The notes under the pieces were generated by a model. That model saw only the letters and a list, made by a program, of their open reading frames with translations. It did not search any database and was not told the DNA's origin. Positions 19,237-28,368 of a DNA stretch of 64,000 nt are shown here, in pieces; the first letter of the stretch is position 1; each line of letters starts with the position of its first letter. The stretch comes from an uncultured Bacilli bacterium (GTDB lineage: Bacteria; Bacillota_I; Bacilli_A; RF39; UBA660). A program made the translations under genes and the position numbers. The stretch covers positions 855 through 64,854 of the forward strand of contig CAKOQD010000003.1 of assembly GCA_934101185.1 (NCBI GenBank), written 5' to 3'.

Positions 19237-20148
19237 CTAATTCATTAAGTCTTTGATACAAGATACTGCGGCGATTGCTCCGTCTGATGATGCTGTTATG
19301 ATTTGGTATGCTTCTTTTTTTACAATGTCTCCGGCAGCGTATATTCCTTTTATTTTGGTTCTTCTTGCCTCATCTACATTAATATACCCTTTTTCATCTA
19401 AAATATCAAGATTTTTTAGGAATTTTGTTGCAGGTTCGTATCCTATAAATATGAAACATGCTTTTACATATAAGTCTTTATCCTCTTTATCTGTTTTTAG
19501 TGTTACGTATTCTAGTTTATCGTTTTTACCATGAAATTCTTTTACTTCGCTACTATTTATTACTTCAATGTTTTCTTTATCATTTACTTTATCTATTAGA
19601 ATAGAATCTCCTTTTAGAGAGTTGCTTTTGTTTATTATTGTTACTTTTTTACATATATCTGATAGGTATAGGGCTTCTTCTAGGGCACTATTTCCACCGC
19701 CGATGATTGATACTTCTTCATTTTTATATAAGGTACCATCACATAATGAACAGAAGCTTATTCCTTTTCCTTCGAGTCTTTCTTCGTTTGTATTTTTTAA
19801 TTTTTTAGGTTCTCTTCCTATAGCAATTATTACTTTTTTGGCAGTGTATTCTCCTTTATTAGTTACAACTTTTTTATAGTCATTATTGTCAATTATTTCT
19901 TTTACTTCTTCAAATTTTTGTGGTATTTGTTGGGCATTTAATTGTTCATAGAATTTATAAGCAAGGTCTGGTCCAGTTATTTGGATTATTCCAGGATAGT
20001 TTTCTACTGTTGATGTTTTGTTTAATAGTCCTCCGGGTGTGTTTTTTTCTATTATTAAGCAGTTTAGATTTGCTCTTTTAAGATATAAGGCTGATGTTAT
20101 TCCAGCAGGCCCCATTCCTATTACTATTACATCATAATCAGTTTTCAT
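19237..20148 (-). CDS. trxB: Thioredoxin-disulfide reductase
   Basis: 303 aa. FAD motif VIVIGMGPAG, redox-active CSLCDG, NADPH motif IIGGGNSALEEALYL, and C-terminal GIYAAGD. Confidence 0.9.
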   Translation of the reverse strand: MKTDYDVIVIGMGPAGITSALYLKRANLNCLIIEKNTPGGLLNKTSTVENYPGIIQITGPDLAYKFYEQLNAQQIPQKFEEVKEIIDNNDYKKVVTNKGEYTAKKVIIAIGREPKKLKNTNEERLEGKGISFCSLCDGTLYKNEEVSIIGGGNSALEEALYLSDICKKVTIINKSNSLKGDSILIDKVNDKENIEVINSSEVKEFHGKNDKLEYVTLKTDKEDKDLYVKACFIFIGYEPATKFLKNLDILDEKGYINVDEARRTKIKGIYAAGDIVKKEAYQIITASSDGAIAAVSCIKDLMN

Positions 20149-20944
20149 TTATATCATTCCTTTCTTTGTTTCTATTTGTTCTTGTATCTTTTGTTTTTCT
20201 AAATATTAAGTATAATCCTAGTAAGAATAAGATTATTGATACTGCTTGTGCTACTTTGATTGGTCCAAGCATTAATGAATCTGTTCTTAATGATTCAATT
20301 AAAAATCTTGCAATACTGTACCAAACAAAGTATATTCCTGTTAGTTGTCCTGTTTTTAGTTTTAGTTTTTTTCTTAATATTATTAAGAGTATGAATCCTA
20401 GAAAGTTCCAAACTGATTCATAATAGAATGTCGGATGATAATATGTACCATTTATATTCATTCCTTTTATTACAAAGTTTGGTATTGGAAGGTTTTCTAG
20501 TGTTTGTTTTAGAACTGCTGGTCCGTGAGCTTCTTGATTTATGAAGTTTCCCCATCTTCCTATTGCTTGTCCTAGCATTAAGGCTGGGGCTGTTAGGTCG
20601 AATATTTTCAAGAAGTTTATTTTATTCTTTTTTGAGTAGTATATAAAGAATATTGCTCCGGCGATTATTCCTCCGTGGATTGCTAGTCCTCCGTTATATA
20701 TTTCTATTATTTCTATTGGATTTTGGAGATAGTATTTAAGATTGAATAAAACGTAGTATAGTCTTGCTCCGAGTATTCCCCATAGAACTCCATAGAATAT
20801 TAAGTTGGCTAGGAATTCTTCTTTTATATTTTGTTTTTTTGCTTGTTTAAATAGTACTTTTGAGGCCAATATTATGGCAAGTAGTATTATTATGGAATAC
20901 CAGTATATTTTTATTGGACCAAGTGATATTGCTATAGGATTCAT
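20138..20944 (-). CDS. lgt: Prolipoprotein diacylglyceryl transferase
   Basis: 268 aa. IYWYSIIILLAI..., GGLAIHGGIIAG, GRWGNFINQEAHG. There is an 11-nt overlap with trxB. Confidence 0.93.
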   Translation of the reverse strand: MNPIAISLGPIKIYWYSIIILLAIILASKVLFKQAKKQNIKEEFLANLIFYGVLWGILGARLYYVLFNLKYYLQNPIEIIEIYNGGLAIHGGIIAGAIFFIYYSKKNKINFLKIFDLTAPALMLGQAIGRWGNFINQEAHGPAVLKQTLENLPIPNFVIKGMNINGTYYHPTFYYESVWNFLGFILLIILRKKLKLKTGQLTGIYFVWYSIARFLIESLRTDSLMLGPIKVAQAVSIILFLLGLYLIFRKTKDTRTNRNKERNDINEN

Positions 20945-20955
20945 GTTATTCCCCC

Positions 20956-23763
20956 TTATAAGTATTTCTTAAGATATTGTCCAGTGTATGATTCTTTTAC
21001 TTGTGCTATTTGTTCAGGTGTTCCTGTTGCTATTACTGTACCGCCTTCTTTTCCTCCTTCTGGACCTAAATCTATTATGTAATCTGCAGTTTTTATTAAA
21101 TCAAGGTTATGTTCAATTACAATTACTGTATCTTTATTATCCACTATTTTATTTATTATGGCAAGTAGTTTTTTAATATCATGCGTATGTAGACCTGTTG
21201 TTGGCTCATCCATAATAAATAGAGTTTTACCAGTTGGCTTTTTTTGTAATTCTTTGGCTAGTTTAACACGTGATGCTTCTCCTCCGGATAGAGTTGGTGC
21301 TGGTTGTCCTAGTTTTATGTATCCTAAACCTACGCTTTCTAAGACTTCTAGTTTTCTTTTTAGTTTTGGAATGTTGTCGAAGAATTCTAATGCTTCGGAT
21401 ACTCTCATTTCTAGTACGTCATGAATATTTTTTCCTTTAAATTTTATTTTTAAGCTTTCTGTATTATACCTTTTTCCATGGCATATTTCACATGGTACAT
21501 AGACGTCTGGTAAAAAATGCATTTCTATTTTTTTAACTCCGTCACCACGACATGCTTCACATCTTCCGCCTTTTACATTGAATGAGAATCTACTTTTATC
21601 GTATCCTAACATTTTTGCTTCTTTAGTTGTTGCAAATAGATCTCTTATTTCATCGAATACTCCGGTGTATGTTGCTGGGTTACTTCTTGGAGTTCTTCCA
21701 ATTGGTGATTGTGATATATGGACTACTTTATCTATGTTTTCTAGTCCTTTTACTTCTTTTACTTTTCCTGGTTTTTCTTTTGTTGGATAAAGATTATTTG
21801 CAATTGTTTTATATAGTATTTCGTTTACTAGAGTTGATTTACCACTTCCTGAGACTCCGGTTACACAGGTAAATACTCCGAGTGGAAAGTTTACACTTAT
21901 ATTTTTTAGGTTATTTTCTTTGGCTCCGATGACTTTTAGTTCTTTTTTTATTCCTTTCCTTCTTGTTTTTGGTGTCTCAATACATTCTTTGCCACTTAAA
22001 TATCTACCAGTTAAACTATTTTCGTCGTTTGCAACTTCTTGTGGTGTTCCACTTGACACTAAGTATCCTCCTTTATCACCGGCGACTGGCCCGATGTCCA
22101 CTAGAAAGTCGGCTTTTTTCATGGTGTCAGTATCGTGTTCTACGACGATTAAGGTATTTCCTAAGTCTCTCATTTCAAGCATGGCATCTATTAGTTTATC
22201 GTTGTCTCTTTGATGTAGTCCAATGCTTGGTTCATCTAGAACGTATAAAACTCCGGTTAGTCTTGTGCCTATTTGGGTTGCTAATCTTATTCTTTGTGAT
22301 TCTCCTCCGGATAGTGAACCTGCCATTCTATCTAATGTTAAGTAATCTAATCCAACATTTATTAAGAAGGTTAATCTATCTTTTATTTCTTTTATTAACA
22401 GTTTTGATATTTGTTCTTGTTCTTTTGTTAGTTTTATCTTTTCTAGAAAGTTGTATAAATCTCTTATACTTAGTTGTGTTAGCTCATATATATTTTTATT
22501 ATTAATCAAAACTGATAGTATTTCTTTTTTTAGTCTTGATCCTTTACAAATTGGACATGGTAATTCAATCATGTAGTTTTCTAACCATTCTCTTATCCAA
22601 GTACTAGTAGTTTCTAAGTATCTTCTTTCTAAATTGGTTATTATTCCTTCGAATGTAGCATAGTTATTGAATGTATTTCCGCTTTTACTACTGTAATTGA
22701 AGTGTATTACTTCGTCTGTTCCATAAAGAATGATATCTAATTCTTCTTTTGTTAGTTTTTTTATAGGTTTAGATAAATCAATGTTGTAGTGTTTACAAAC
22801 TATTTCTAATTTTTTGAAGTTTAGTCCTTCGGTATCGTCTCCAAGGGTTACTATTCCTCCTTCTAGAATGCTTTTTTGTTTATCTGGCATGATTAAGTCT
22901 TTGTCTATTACAAGTTTTACTCCGAGTCCTTTACATTCTGGGCATGCTCCATATGGGGCATTGAAACTAAATATTCTTGGTTCTAGTTCTTTTAATGAGA
23001 AGTCGCAATGAGGACAGGCAAAGTTTTCTGAGAATAATAGTTTTTCTTTTCCTAGAACATCTATTACTACTTTTTCATGAGATAGTTTGCAGGCGTTTTC
23101 TATTGATTCGTATAGTCTTGATTTTATTTCTTCTTTTAGAACTAATCTATCAATTATAACGTTAATATTATGCTTTTTATTTTTATCTAGTTGTATTTCT
23201 TCGGATAGGTCATATTGATTATCATCTATAATTACTCTTACATATCCATCTTTTCTTAGGTCTTCGAGTAAATCTTTATGTGTACCTTTCTTACCTTCGA
23301 TTACTGGACTTTCAATTATTATTTTAGTTTGACTTTCTAATTCCATTACTTTGTTAGTCATTTCTTCGATGCTTTGATTTTTTATTGGAATGTTATGAGT
23401 TGGACAGTATGGAGTACCAATTCTTGCAAATAAAAGTCTTAAATAGTCATAAAGTTCTGTTACTGTTCCTACGGTTGAACGAGGATTTTTATTGGTTGTT
23501 TTTTGATCTATTGATATAGTTGGAGATAGTCCTTCGATTGAGTCTACGTCTGGTTTTTCTGCTGAACCAAGAAATTGTCTTGCGTATGATGATAGACTTT
23601 CTAAGTATCTTCTTTCTCCCTCGGCACAAATTGTATCAAAAGCAAGGGAAGATTTTCCACTTCCAGATACCCCAGTCATTACTATTAGTTTATTTTTAGG
23701 TAGTTCAAGATTTATGTTTTTTAGATTGTTTTCTCTTGCTCCTTTTATAATTATTTTATCCAT
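20956..23763 (-). CDS. uvrA: Excinuclease ABC subunit A
   Basis: About 935 aa. MDKIIIKGARENNLKNI, two ABC modules (GVSGSGKSSLAFDT / GVSGSGKSTLVNE) and zinc-finger CxxC pairs. The track start is a GTG inside the SD AGGAGTG, so ATG 23763 is preferred. Confidence 0.97.
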   Translation of the reverse strand: MDKIIIKGARENNLKNINLELPKNKLIVMTGVSGSGKSSLAFDTICAEGERRYLESLSSYARQFLGSAEKPDVDSIEGLSPTISIDQKTTNKNPRSTVGTVTELYDYLRLLFARIGTPYCPTHNIPIKNQSIEEMTNKVMELESQTKIIIESPVIEGKKGTHKDLLEDLRKDGYVRVIIDDNQYDLSEEIQLDKNKKHNINVIIDRLVLKEEIKSRLYESIENACKLSHEKVVIDVLGKEKLLFSENFACPHCDFSLKELEPRIFSFNAPYGACPECKGLGVKLVIDKDLIMPDKQKSILEGGIVTLGDDTEGLNFKKLEIVCKHYNIDLSKPIKKLTKEELDIILYGTDEVIHFNYSSKSGNTFNNYATFEGIITNLERRYLETTSTWIREWLENYMIELPCPICKGSRLKKEILSVLINNKNIYELTQLSIRDLYNFLEKIKLTKEQEQISKLLIKEIKDRLTFLINVGLDYLTLDRMAGSLSGGESQRIRLATQIGTRLTGVLYVLDEPSIGLHQRDNDKLIDAMLEMRDLGNTLIVVEHDTDTMKKADFLVDIGPVAGDKGGYLVSSGTPQEVANDENSLTGRYLSGKECIETPKTRRKGIKKELKVIGAKENNLKNISVNFPLGVFTCVTGVSGSGKSTLVNEILYKTIANNLYPTKEKPGKVKEVKGLENIDKVVHISQSPIGRTPRSNPATYTGVFDEIRDLFATTKEAKMLGYDKSRFSFNVKGGRCEACRGDGVKKIEMHFLPDVYVPCEICHGKRYNTESLKIKFKGKNIHDVLEMRVSEALEFFDNIPKLKRKLEVLESVGLGYIKLGQPAPTLSGGEASRVKLAKELQKKPTGKTLFIMDEPTTGLHTHDIKKLLAIINKIVDNKDTVIVIEHNLDLIKTADYIIDLGPEGGKEGGTVIATGTPEQIAQVKESYTGQYLKKYL

Positions 23764-23828
23764 ATATATCACTCCTGACTCATTTATTATATCACAAATA
23801 TTTGTTTTAATAAACTCGTTTTTTGTAG

Positions 23829-23851
23829 AAAAAAAAGATGTCTAGCATCTT
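23829..23851 (-). terminator. Rho-independent terminator closing the six-gene orphan operon
   Basis: Minus-strand AAGATG-CTAGA-CATCTT followed by TTTTTT. It overlaps the stop of the last gene (23850). Confidence 0.65.
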
Positions 23852-24356
23852 ACTTACTATTTTCATTTAGTTTATTTCTGAAGTCTTTAATCATTTGCTC
23901 AATTAACTCTTTTTCTTCTAAACAAATAATTTTTTTCTTAGAATATCTATCATCTTTATCTCTTAGTTCTTTTACATAAACTTCATCTATTTCGTAATTA
24001 CCATTTTCTTGAAGTCTCCATTTTTCTTTATCAACGTCTTCATAATTAATTTTATTTAGACCATATAATATTTCTTTTAAGTTTCCTAGCGCAAAATATA
24101 ATGGATTGTCAATACAATTTTTCTTGTTATGATCATCTTCATTTTTTAATACTTTATAGAACTCCTCCACTAAAAATTTTCTTCTTCCTTTCATTAGAAA
24201 GTCTGGATCACTTGTGAATTTTGATTTAGAAAATTCCTGTTCTATGATATTTATATAATCTTCAAAAAAAGTATTACTATCATGATTTTCTTTGTCGTAT
24301 TTTATTAGTTTGTCTACTAGTGTATCTCTATTTAATTTTTTCTTGAACATATTCAT
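23850..24356 (-). CDS. Orphan operon gene 6 (orfF): 168-aa charged cytosolic protein, unknown function
   Basis: ATG 24356 with SD GAGGGTAAG overlapping the TGA of orfE. K/E/D-rich with no TM and no motif recognised. Confidence 0.6.
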   Translation of the reverse strand: MNMFKKKLNRDTLVDKLIKYDKENHDSNTFFEDYINIIEQEFSKSKFTSDPDFLMKGRRKFLVEEFYKVLKNEDDHNKKNCIDNPLYFALGNLKEILYGLNKINYEDVDKEKWRLQENGNYEIDEVYVKELRDKDDRYSKKKIICLEEKELIEQMIKDFRNKLNENSK

Positions 24357-24368
24357 AATTTCTTACCC

Positions 24369-24575
24369 TCAATCTTTAAAAACACTAATTAATCTTTCTT
24401 TGGCTTCATTAACTAATTTTATTTGTTGTTCTAGAAAGCCAATTTCATTAAGACTGTTTGTGATATAATCTTCATATTCTTTTTTATTTCCATCAATCAA
24501 ATCGATTACCGCTAGTAATCCTCTTATTTCTAAGTTTAATTCATTTCTTTTTTTCTCTATTATATTATATTCCAT
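24369..24575 (-). CDS. Orphan operon gene 5 (orfE): 68-aa helical protein
   Basis: The start ATG shares one base with the TAA of orfD (TAATG at 24577-24573). Heptad-like sequence NELNLEIRGLLAVIDLI...FLEQQIKLVNEAKERLI. Confidence 0.55.
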   Translation of the reverse strand: MEYNIIEKKRNELNLEIRGLLAVIDLIDGNKKEYEDYITNSLNEIGFLEQQIKLVNEAKERLISVFKD

Positions 24576-26278
24576 TATCTAGACATACCTCTCATTTCTT
24601 CTTTTAATTCCTCATCAACCATAATATCACTCATGTTTTCAATATTATGCATTTGTTTTGCATATTCTGAAAAACTTAAAAACTCATTTTTATCATTTAA
24701 TGACGCTCTATATTTAATGTATTCTCTGTACACATTATTAGCTTGAGGTTTTATTTGTTCTCTTGATTGCCAGTTCTTATAGTCTGCCATAAATTCATAA
24801 GAAGAATCACTATACCCCACTCTTAAATCATTTAATTGTTGTGGTGTTAAGTCTTCTAACCTAGTATCAGAATTAATAAGTCCGCGACGTTTTTGATCTT
24901 CTAATCCTCTTTCTTCTGGTGTCATATCAGCAATTCTTTTTAATTCTTCTATTTTTCTTTGAATCATTGCTTCCTTATCTATTGGTTTAGAATGCATATC
25001 TCCATTTCTTAATTCATGTTCTTCATCAAAGGCTCCTGATGATTCAAGTTCGCGAATAGCATATTCACGTATTTCTTTCATAACGTCTGCTTTTAATTGA
25101 TCTTCATAAGCAATTTTTTCTTTGGCAGTTTCAACTTTTGCTCTTCGTTCTTGTTGTTCTTGTTGATATTTTGTTTTTCCTGCAACCATAGCTGTTTCTA
25201 ATTGTGTACTTGAGAATTCATATTCGGTCGTAACATCTCTCATAGCTTCTTTTATTTGTTGAATCTTTTCATAATTACCTGGGTTTTCAGACATAACTTT
25301 TTCTAGTTCATATGCTAATTGTTCATATTCCATTATATAAGAATTTTTTAATTTTTTTTGATCTTCTTGCTCTTTTTTTGTTTCGATTTGTTTTTTTATT
25401 TCATTAAAATCAAACTTACTTAAAAATTTGTTAGTTTTTTCTAGTTCGTTTTGATACTTGTTTCCAAGTTGTCTTAAACATGATTCAACTTTTGAAAAGT
25501 CAATTTCTGTTATTTTAGTTAGTTCCGATAATGTATTATTAAGAACAAGCAATGTTTCTTCTAGTCTTGTTTTTGTAACAAATGCTTCCTTTATTGAAGG
25601 AAAATTATCCATAATGTTTTGTGTATTATTATTTTTTTCTAATTGATTATTTTTTATCATTTCTTCTAATGATAACAATAGTAGTTCATCACTATTTTTT
25701 AATTGTATTTCAGTTTGTTTACTACTAATAAAAGAATATTGCATTGCTAAGTTTCTTAGTTGATTTTTTTCTATTTCTTTTATTGCATTATTAAATGATA
25801 TTGTATTTCCTGTATATTGATTAAATTGATTAAAAATTTGAAAGTTATTGCTTCCGATTTTCAATTGATTTAATATCTTTTCTATATTTATAACTCTTTG
25901 TTTAATATCTTCTTTTTTATTCTTATTAACATTTTTTAAACTATTATTAACACTTTCTCTTAATTGTGTTGTTTCTTGTGGTGATAATAATGTTCCTAAC
26001 CTATCAAATTGAGATTTTAATTCTTCTGGTAAAATATATTTATCGTTATCGCCAAACCTTAGGGTTGCAATTGATTGATTTAATTCTGTCAATTTTATTA
26101 TTTGTTCTTGATACTTTTTTATATCGGAATTAATGCTCATTTTATCAAACATTCCCAATTTTTTTGTAGAATCTTTTATTTTTTCTTCACTTTTATCTAA
26201 ATATGTTTTTGATTTTTTTATTCTTTTGTCAAGTTCTTCTTTAATTGAATTAAATAATTCACTATTTTCTATATTCAT
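24575..26278 (-). CDS. Orphan operon gene 4 (orfD): ~567-aa coiled-coil-rich soluble protein
   Basis: Preferred start is MNIENSELF at ATG 26278 (SD GGGGGAG). Long K/E/Q/N/L-rich heptad stretches with no TM. A more globular C-terminal ~130 aa reads ...GLINSDTRLEDLTPQQLNDLRVGYSDSSYEFMADYKNWQSREQ.... Confidence 0.65.
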   Translation of the reverse strand: MNIENSELFNSIKEELDKRIKKSKTYLDKSEEKIKDSTKKLGMFDKMSINSDIKKYQEQIIKLTELNQSIATLRFGDNDKYILPEELKSQFDRLGTLLSPQETTQLRESVNNSLKNVNKNKKEDIKQRVINIEKILNQLKIGSNNFQIFNQFNQYTGNTISFNNAIKEIEKNQLRNLAMQYSFISSKQTEIQLKNSDELLLLSLEEMIKNNQLEKNNNTQNIMDNFPSIKEAFVTKTRLEETLLVLNNTLSELTKITEIDFSKVESCLRQLGNKYQNELEKTNKFLSKFDFNEIKKQIETKKEQEDQKKLKNSYIMEYEQLAYELEKVMSENPGNYEKIQQIKEAMRDVTTEYEFSSTQLETAMVAGKTKYQQEQQERRAKVETAKEKIAYEDQLKADVMKEIREYAIRELESSGAFDEEHELRNGDMHSKPIDKEAMIQRKIEELKRIADMTPEERGLEDQKRRGLINSDTRLEDLTPQQLNDLRVGYSDSSYEFMADYKNWQSREQIKPQANNVYREYIKYRASLNDKNEFLSFSEYAKQMHNIENMSDIMVDEELKEEMRGMSR

Positions 26279-26348
26279 TGTAACACTCCCCCTATTTTTT
26301 AGACTTATCAAATTTTGTTAGAATTGTGATTAAAATTTTACATATATT

Positions 26349-27293
26349 TTAAATTAGTAATCCAATAACTATCACAATAATAGTAATAGCTAATAAAGCT
26401 AATAGTTCTTTTGGAACAATTTTTTTATATTTTACATATTCTTGTTTGATTCTATTACGATCTGATAAATTATTAACTTTCTTACCAATTAAAATATCAC
26501 TTGTTCCAACAAAGGATTCAATATCGTCTTTATAAATTTTCTTATGATTTGTTGTGTCATAACCAGCATATTTTTTATCAGGCATTATGGCATCATAATA
26601 CTTGTCTAGTTTAGATGATGCAACCATACTTCCAATGATATATGATAAGATCAGTGATACTATTGGAAACACTACATATCCTTTTAAAAGAATATTGTTT
26701 AATGTTGGAATAAATAGAAATAAAGTTGTTATAATTATTCCTGGCACCAAGCCGGTCCCAAGTGCTACAGTGTTTGTAATTTTTGTTTTATTTTTGATTA
26801 TGCCATCGTATTTTACTGGTGCATTTAGAATTTTATTTTTTATAAGAGTATATATCTCTTCAAGTTTTGGATCACTGCTTTTTAAATTTAGGCTAATATC
26901 TAGTTTATTTTCTGTGATATGCATTTGAATTGATTGCATATAGTAATTTCTGCTACGATTTGGTTCTGGTGTGATAACATTATAGTTTAATGCATAATAT
27001 ACATGTATAGATTTTATTTCATGAAGTCTACTGTAAAATATTCCAATAAAATTATCATAATTATCAAAAGTAATGTCTGTATTATCATAAAAATCAACAG
27101 TTACTTTCATTTTACTTCCTTCATCTTTAAAAGTATAATTTTTATTTTGTAATTCTAGTGTTCTATTTTTCATTTCTTCTTGTTGAGAGATTTTAAGATA
27201 TTTTTTTAATGTTTCACCCATTAATTGAAATATTTGCATTAAATCATCATTACTTATAATTTTGTTTTCAGCCTTAATCGTATCATTGTACAT
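26349..27293 (-). CDS. Orphan operon gene 3 (orfC): ~314-aa membrane protein (soluble N-domain plus 3 TM)
   Basis: Preferred start is MYNDTIKAENK at ATG 27293 (SD GGAGG 7 nt upstream). There is a ~180-aa N-terminal domain. TM helices are LVPGIIITTLFLFIPTL, VVFPIVSLILSYIIGSMVA and a C-terminal LLALLAITIIVIVIGLLI. Confidence 0.65.
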   Translation of the reverse strand: MYNDTIKAENKIISNDDLMQIFQLMGETLKKYLKISQQEEMKNRTLELQNKNYTFKDEGSKMKVTVDFYDNTDITFDNYDNFIGIFYSRLHEIKSIHVYYALNYNVITPEPNRSRNYYMQSIQMHITENKLDISLNLKSSDPKLEEIYTLIKNKILNAPVKYDGIIKNKTKITNTVALGTGLVPGIIITTLFLFIPTLNNILLKGYVVFPIVSLILSYIIGSMVASSKLDKYYDAIMPDKKYAGYDTTNHKKIYKDDIESFVGTSDILIGKKVNNLSDRNRIKQEYVKYKKIVPKELLALLAITIIVIVIGLLI

Positions 27294-27345
27294 TTTGTTA
27301 CCTCCTGCTAAATTGTATATCATTATGGTTTAAATTTACTATTTT

Positions 27346-27738
27346 TTATACAAATTTAATTATAAAGAATGTTACTGCGAATACTAGCACTATTAGTAAG
27401 AGTGTTACTGATAGTGTTAATACTGTTGATAGACCATTTTGATTAGTATACCCACCTTGAGTTGTTTGATAGTTTGAATAATTTGGATAATTGTTGTATG
27501 TTGGTTGTTCATTATTTACTATTGGTCTTATTGCTTGATTTGAGTTTAATTGTCTTGATTTTACTAATTGTTTTTCTTGAGTTTGTTCCATTCCATTTCC
27601 TTGGTAGTTATTTGTTTGATTTTGAAATTGATATTGTGATTGATTTACTTGATCAAGTGACTTTTTTACGCTTGTTATGACTGTGGGAATATTTTCTAAG
27701 AATTTGTCTTCTGCAAAATCAAAAAGATTTTTATTCAT
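27346..27738 (-). CDS. Orphan operon gene 2 (orfB): ~130-aa Q/N-rich tail-anchored membrane protein
   Basis: Preferred start is ATG 27738 (SD AAAGGTGGGG lies inside the last codons of orfA, and the track start is a GTG within that SD). Q/N/Y/T-rich low-complexity region QSQYQFQNQTNNYQGNG...NNEQPTYNNYPNYSNYQTTQGGYTNQNG. Single C-terminal TM is LSTVLTLSVTLLLIVLVFAVTFFII. Confidence 0.6.
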   Translation of the reverse strand: MNKNLFDFAEDKFLENIPTVITSVKKSLDQVNQSQYQFQNQTNNYQGNGMEQTQEKQLVKSRQLNSNQAIRPIVNNEQPTYNNYPNYSNYQTTQGGYTNQNGLSTVLTLSVTLLLIVLVFAVTFFIIKFV

Positions 27739-27739
27739 A

Positions 27740-28345
27740 TTATTCCCCACCTTTCATTATTCTTTGTGTTTTTTTAACTATTACTGATGTTACTTTTTTC
27801 ATTTGTTCATCGTTTAGATTATATGGTTTTAGTGATGTTTTTACATCGTTTTTTACTTTGTCTATAAAGTTATCTTTATAATAATCTGAGAATGATTTAG
27901 TATAGTCCATTCTTAAGAATATGCTTATAAAATAATCTTGCAACCAGTTTGGAACTTTACTCATATAGTCGTTAAAGTTTTCTAGTGCCATTAGATCGTT
28001 AAATACAGCGCTATGATCTTCGTTTACATACCATCCAAGTACCATAAGAGCAAATGATATTCTTTTATGTTCAAAGGAACTTTTACGATCTGCCATCAGA
28101 CTTATTCCTGTATTTACTCCAGCGATTGTTTTATCTGTTGTTGCAAATAGGTTGTCTGATAGAATTATTTCTCCGGTTGATGTATTTATTCTTATTTCGT
28201 CTAAGTTAATTCTAACTAATGCTCTTGGTTCTTTTTCTATAGCATCACATACTACTTTCATTAGACGACAAAAAGTCTGTGCTTTATAAGCATAATTGTC
28301 TTTATTATTTATAAATTGTCTTAATGATACAATATTATTATCCAT
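27740..28345 (-). CDS. Orphan operon gene 1 (orfA): 201-aa cytosolic protein with a degenerate protein-kinase C-lobe-like pattern
   Basis: ATG 28345 with SD AAGGAG 8 nt upstream. ...ALVRINLDEIRINTSTGEIILSDNLFA..., HKRISFALMVLGWYV and WLQDYFISIFLRMD resemble Hanks-kinase subdomains VIb-VII, IX and XI, but the catalytic residues are lost. This is an inference by eye. Confidence 0.6.
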   Translation of the reverse strand: MDNNIVSLRQFINNKDNYAYKAQTFCRLMKVVCDAIEKEPRALVRINLDEIRINTSTGEIILSDNLFATTDKTIAGVNTGISLMADRKSSFEHKRISFALMVLGWYVNEDHSAVFNDLMALENFNDYMSKVPNWLQDYFISIFLRMDYTKSFSDYYKDNFIDKVKNDVKTSLKPYNLNDEQMKKVTSVIVKKTQRIMKGGE

Positions 28346-28368
28346 AGCCTATACTCCTTATCATAGTC

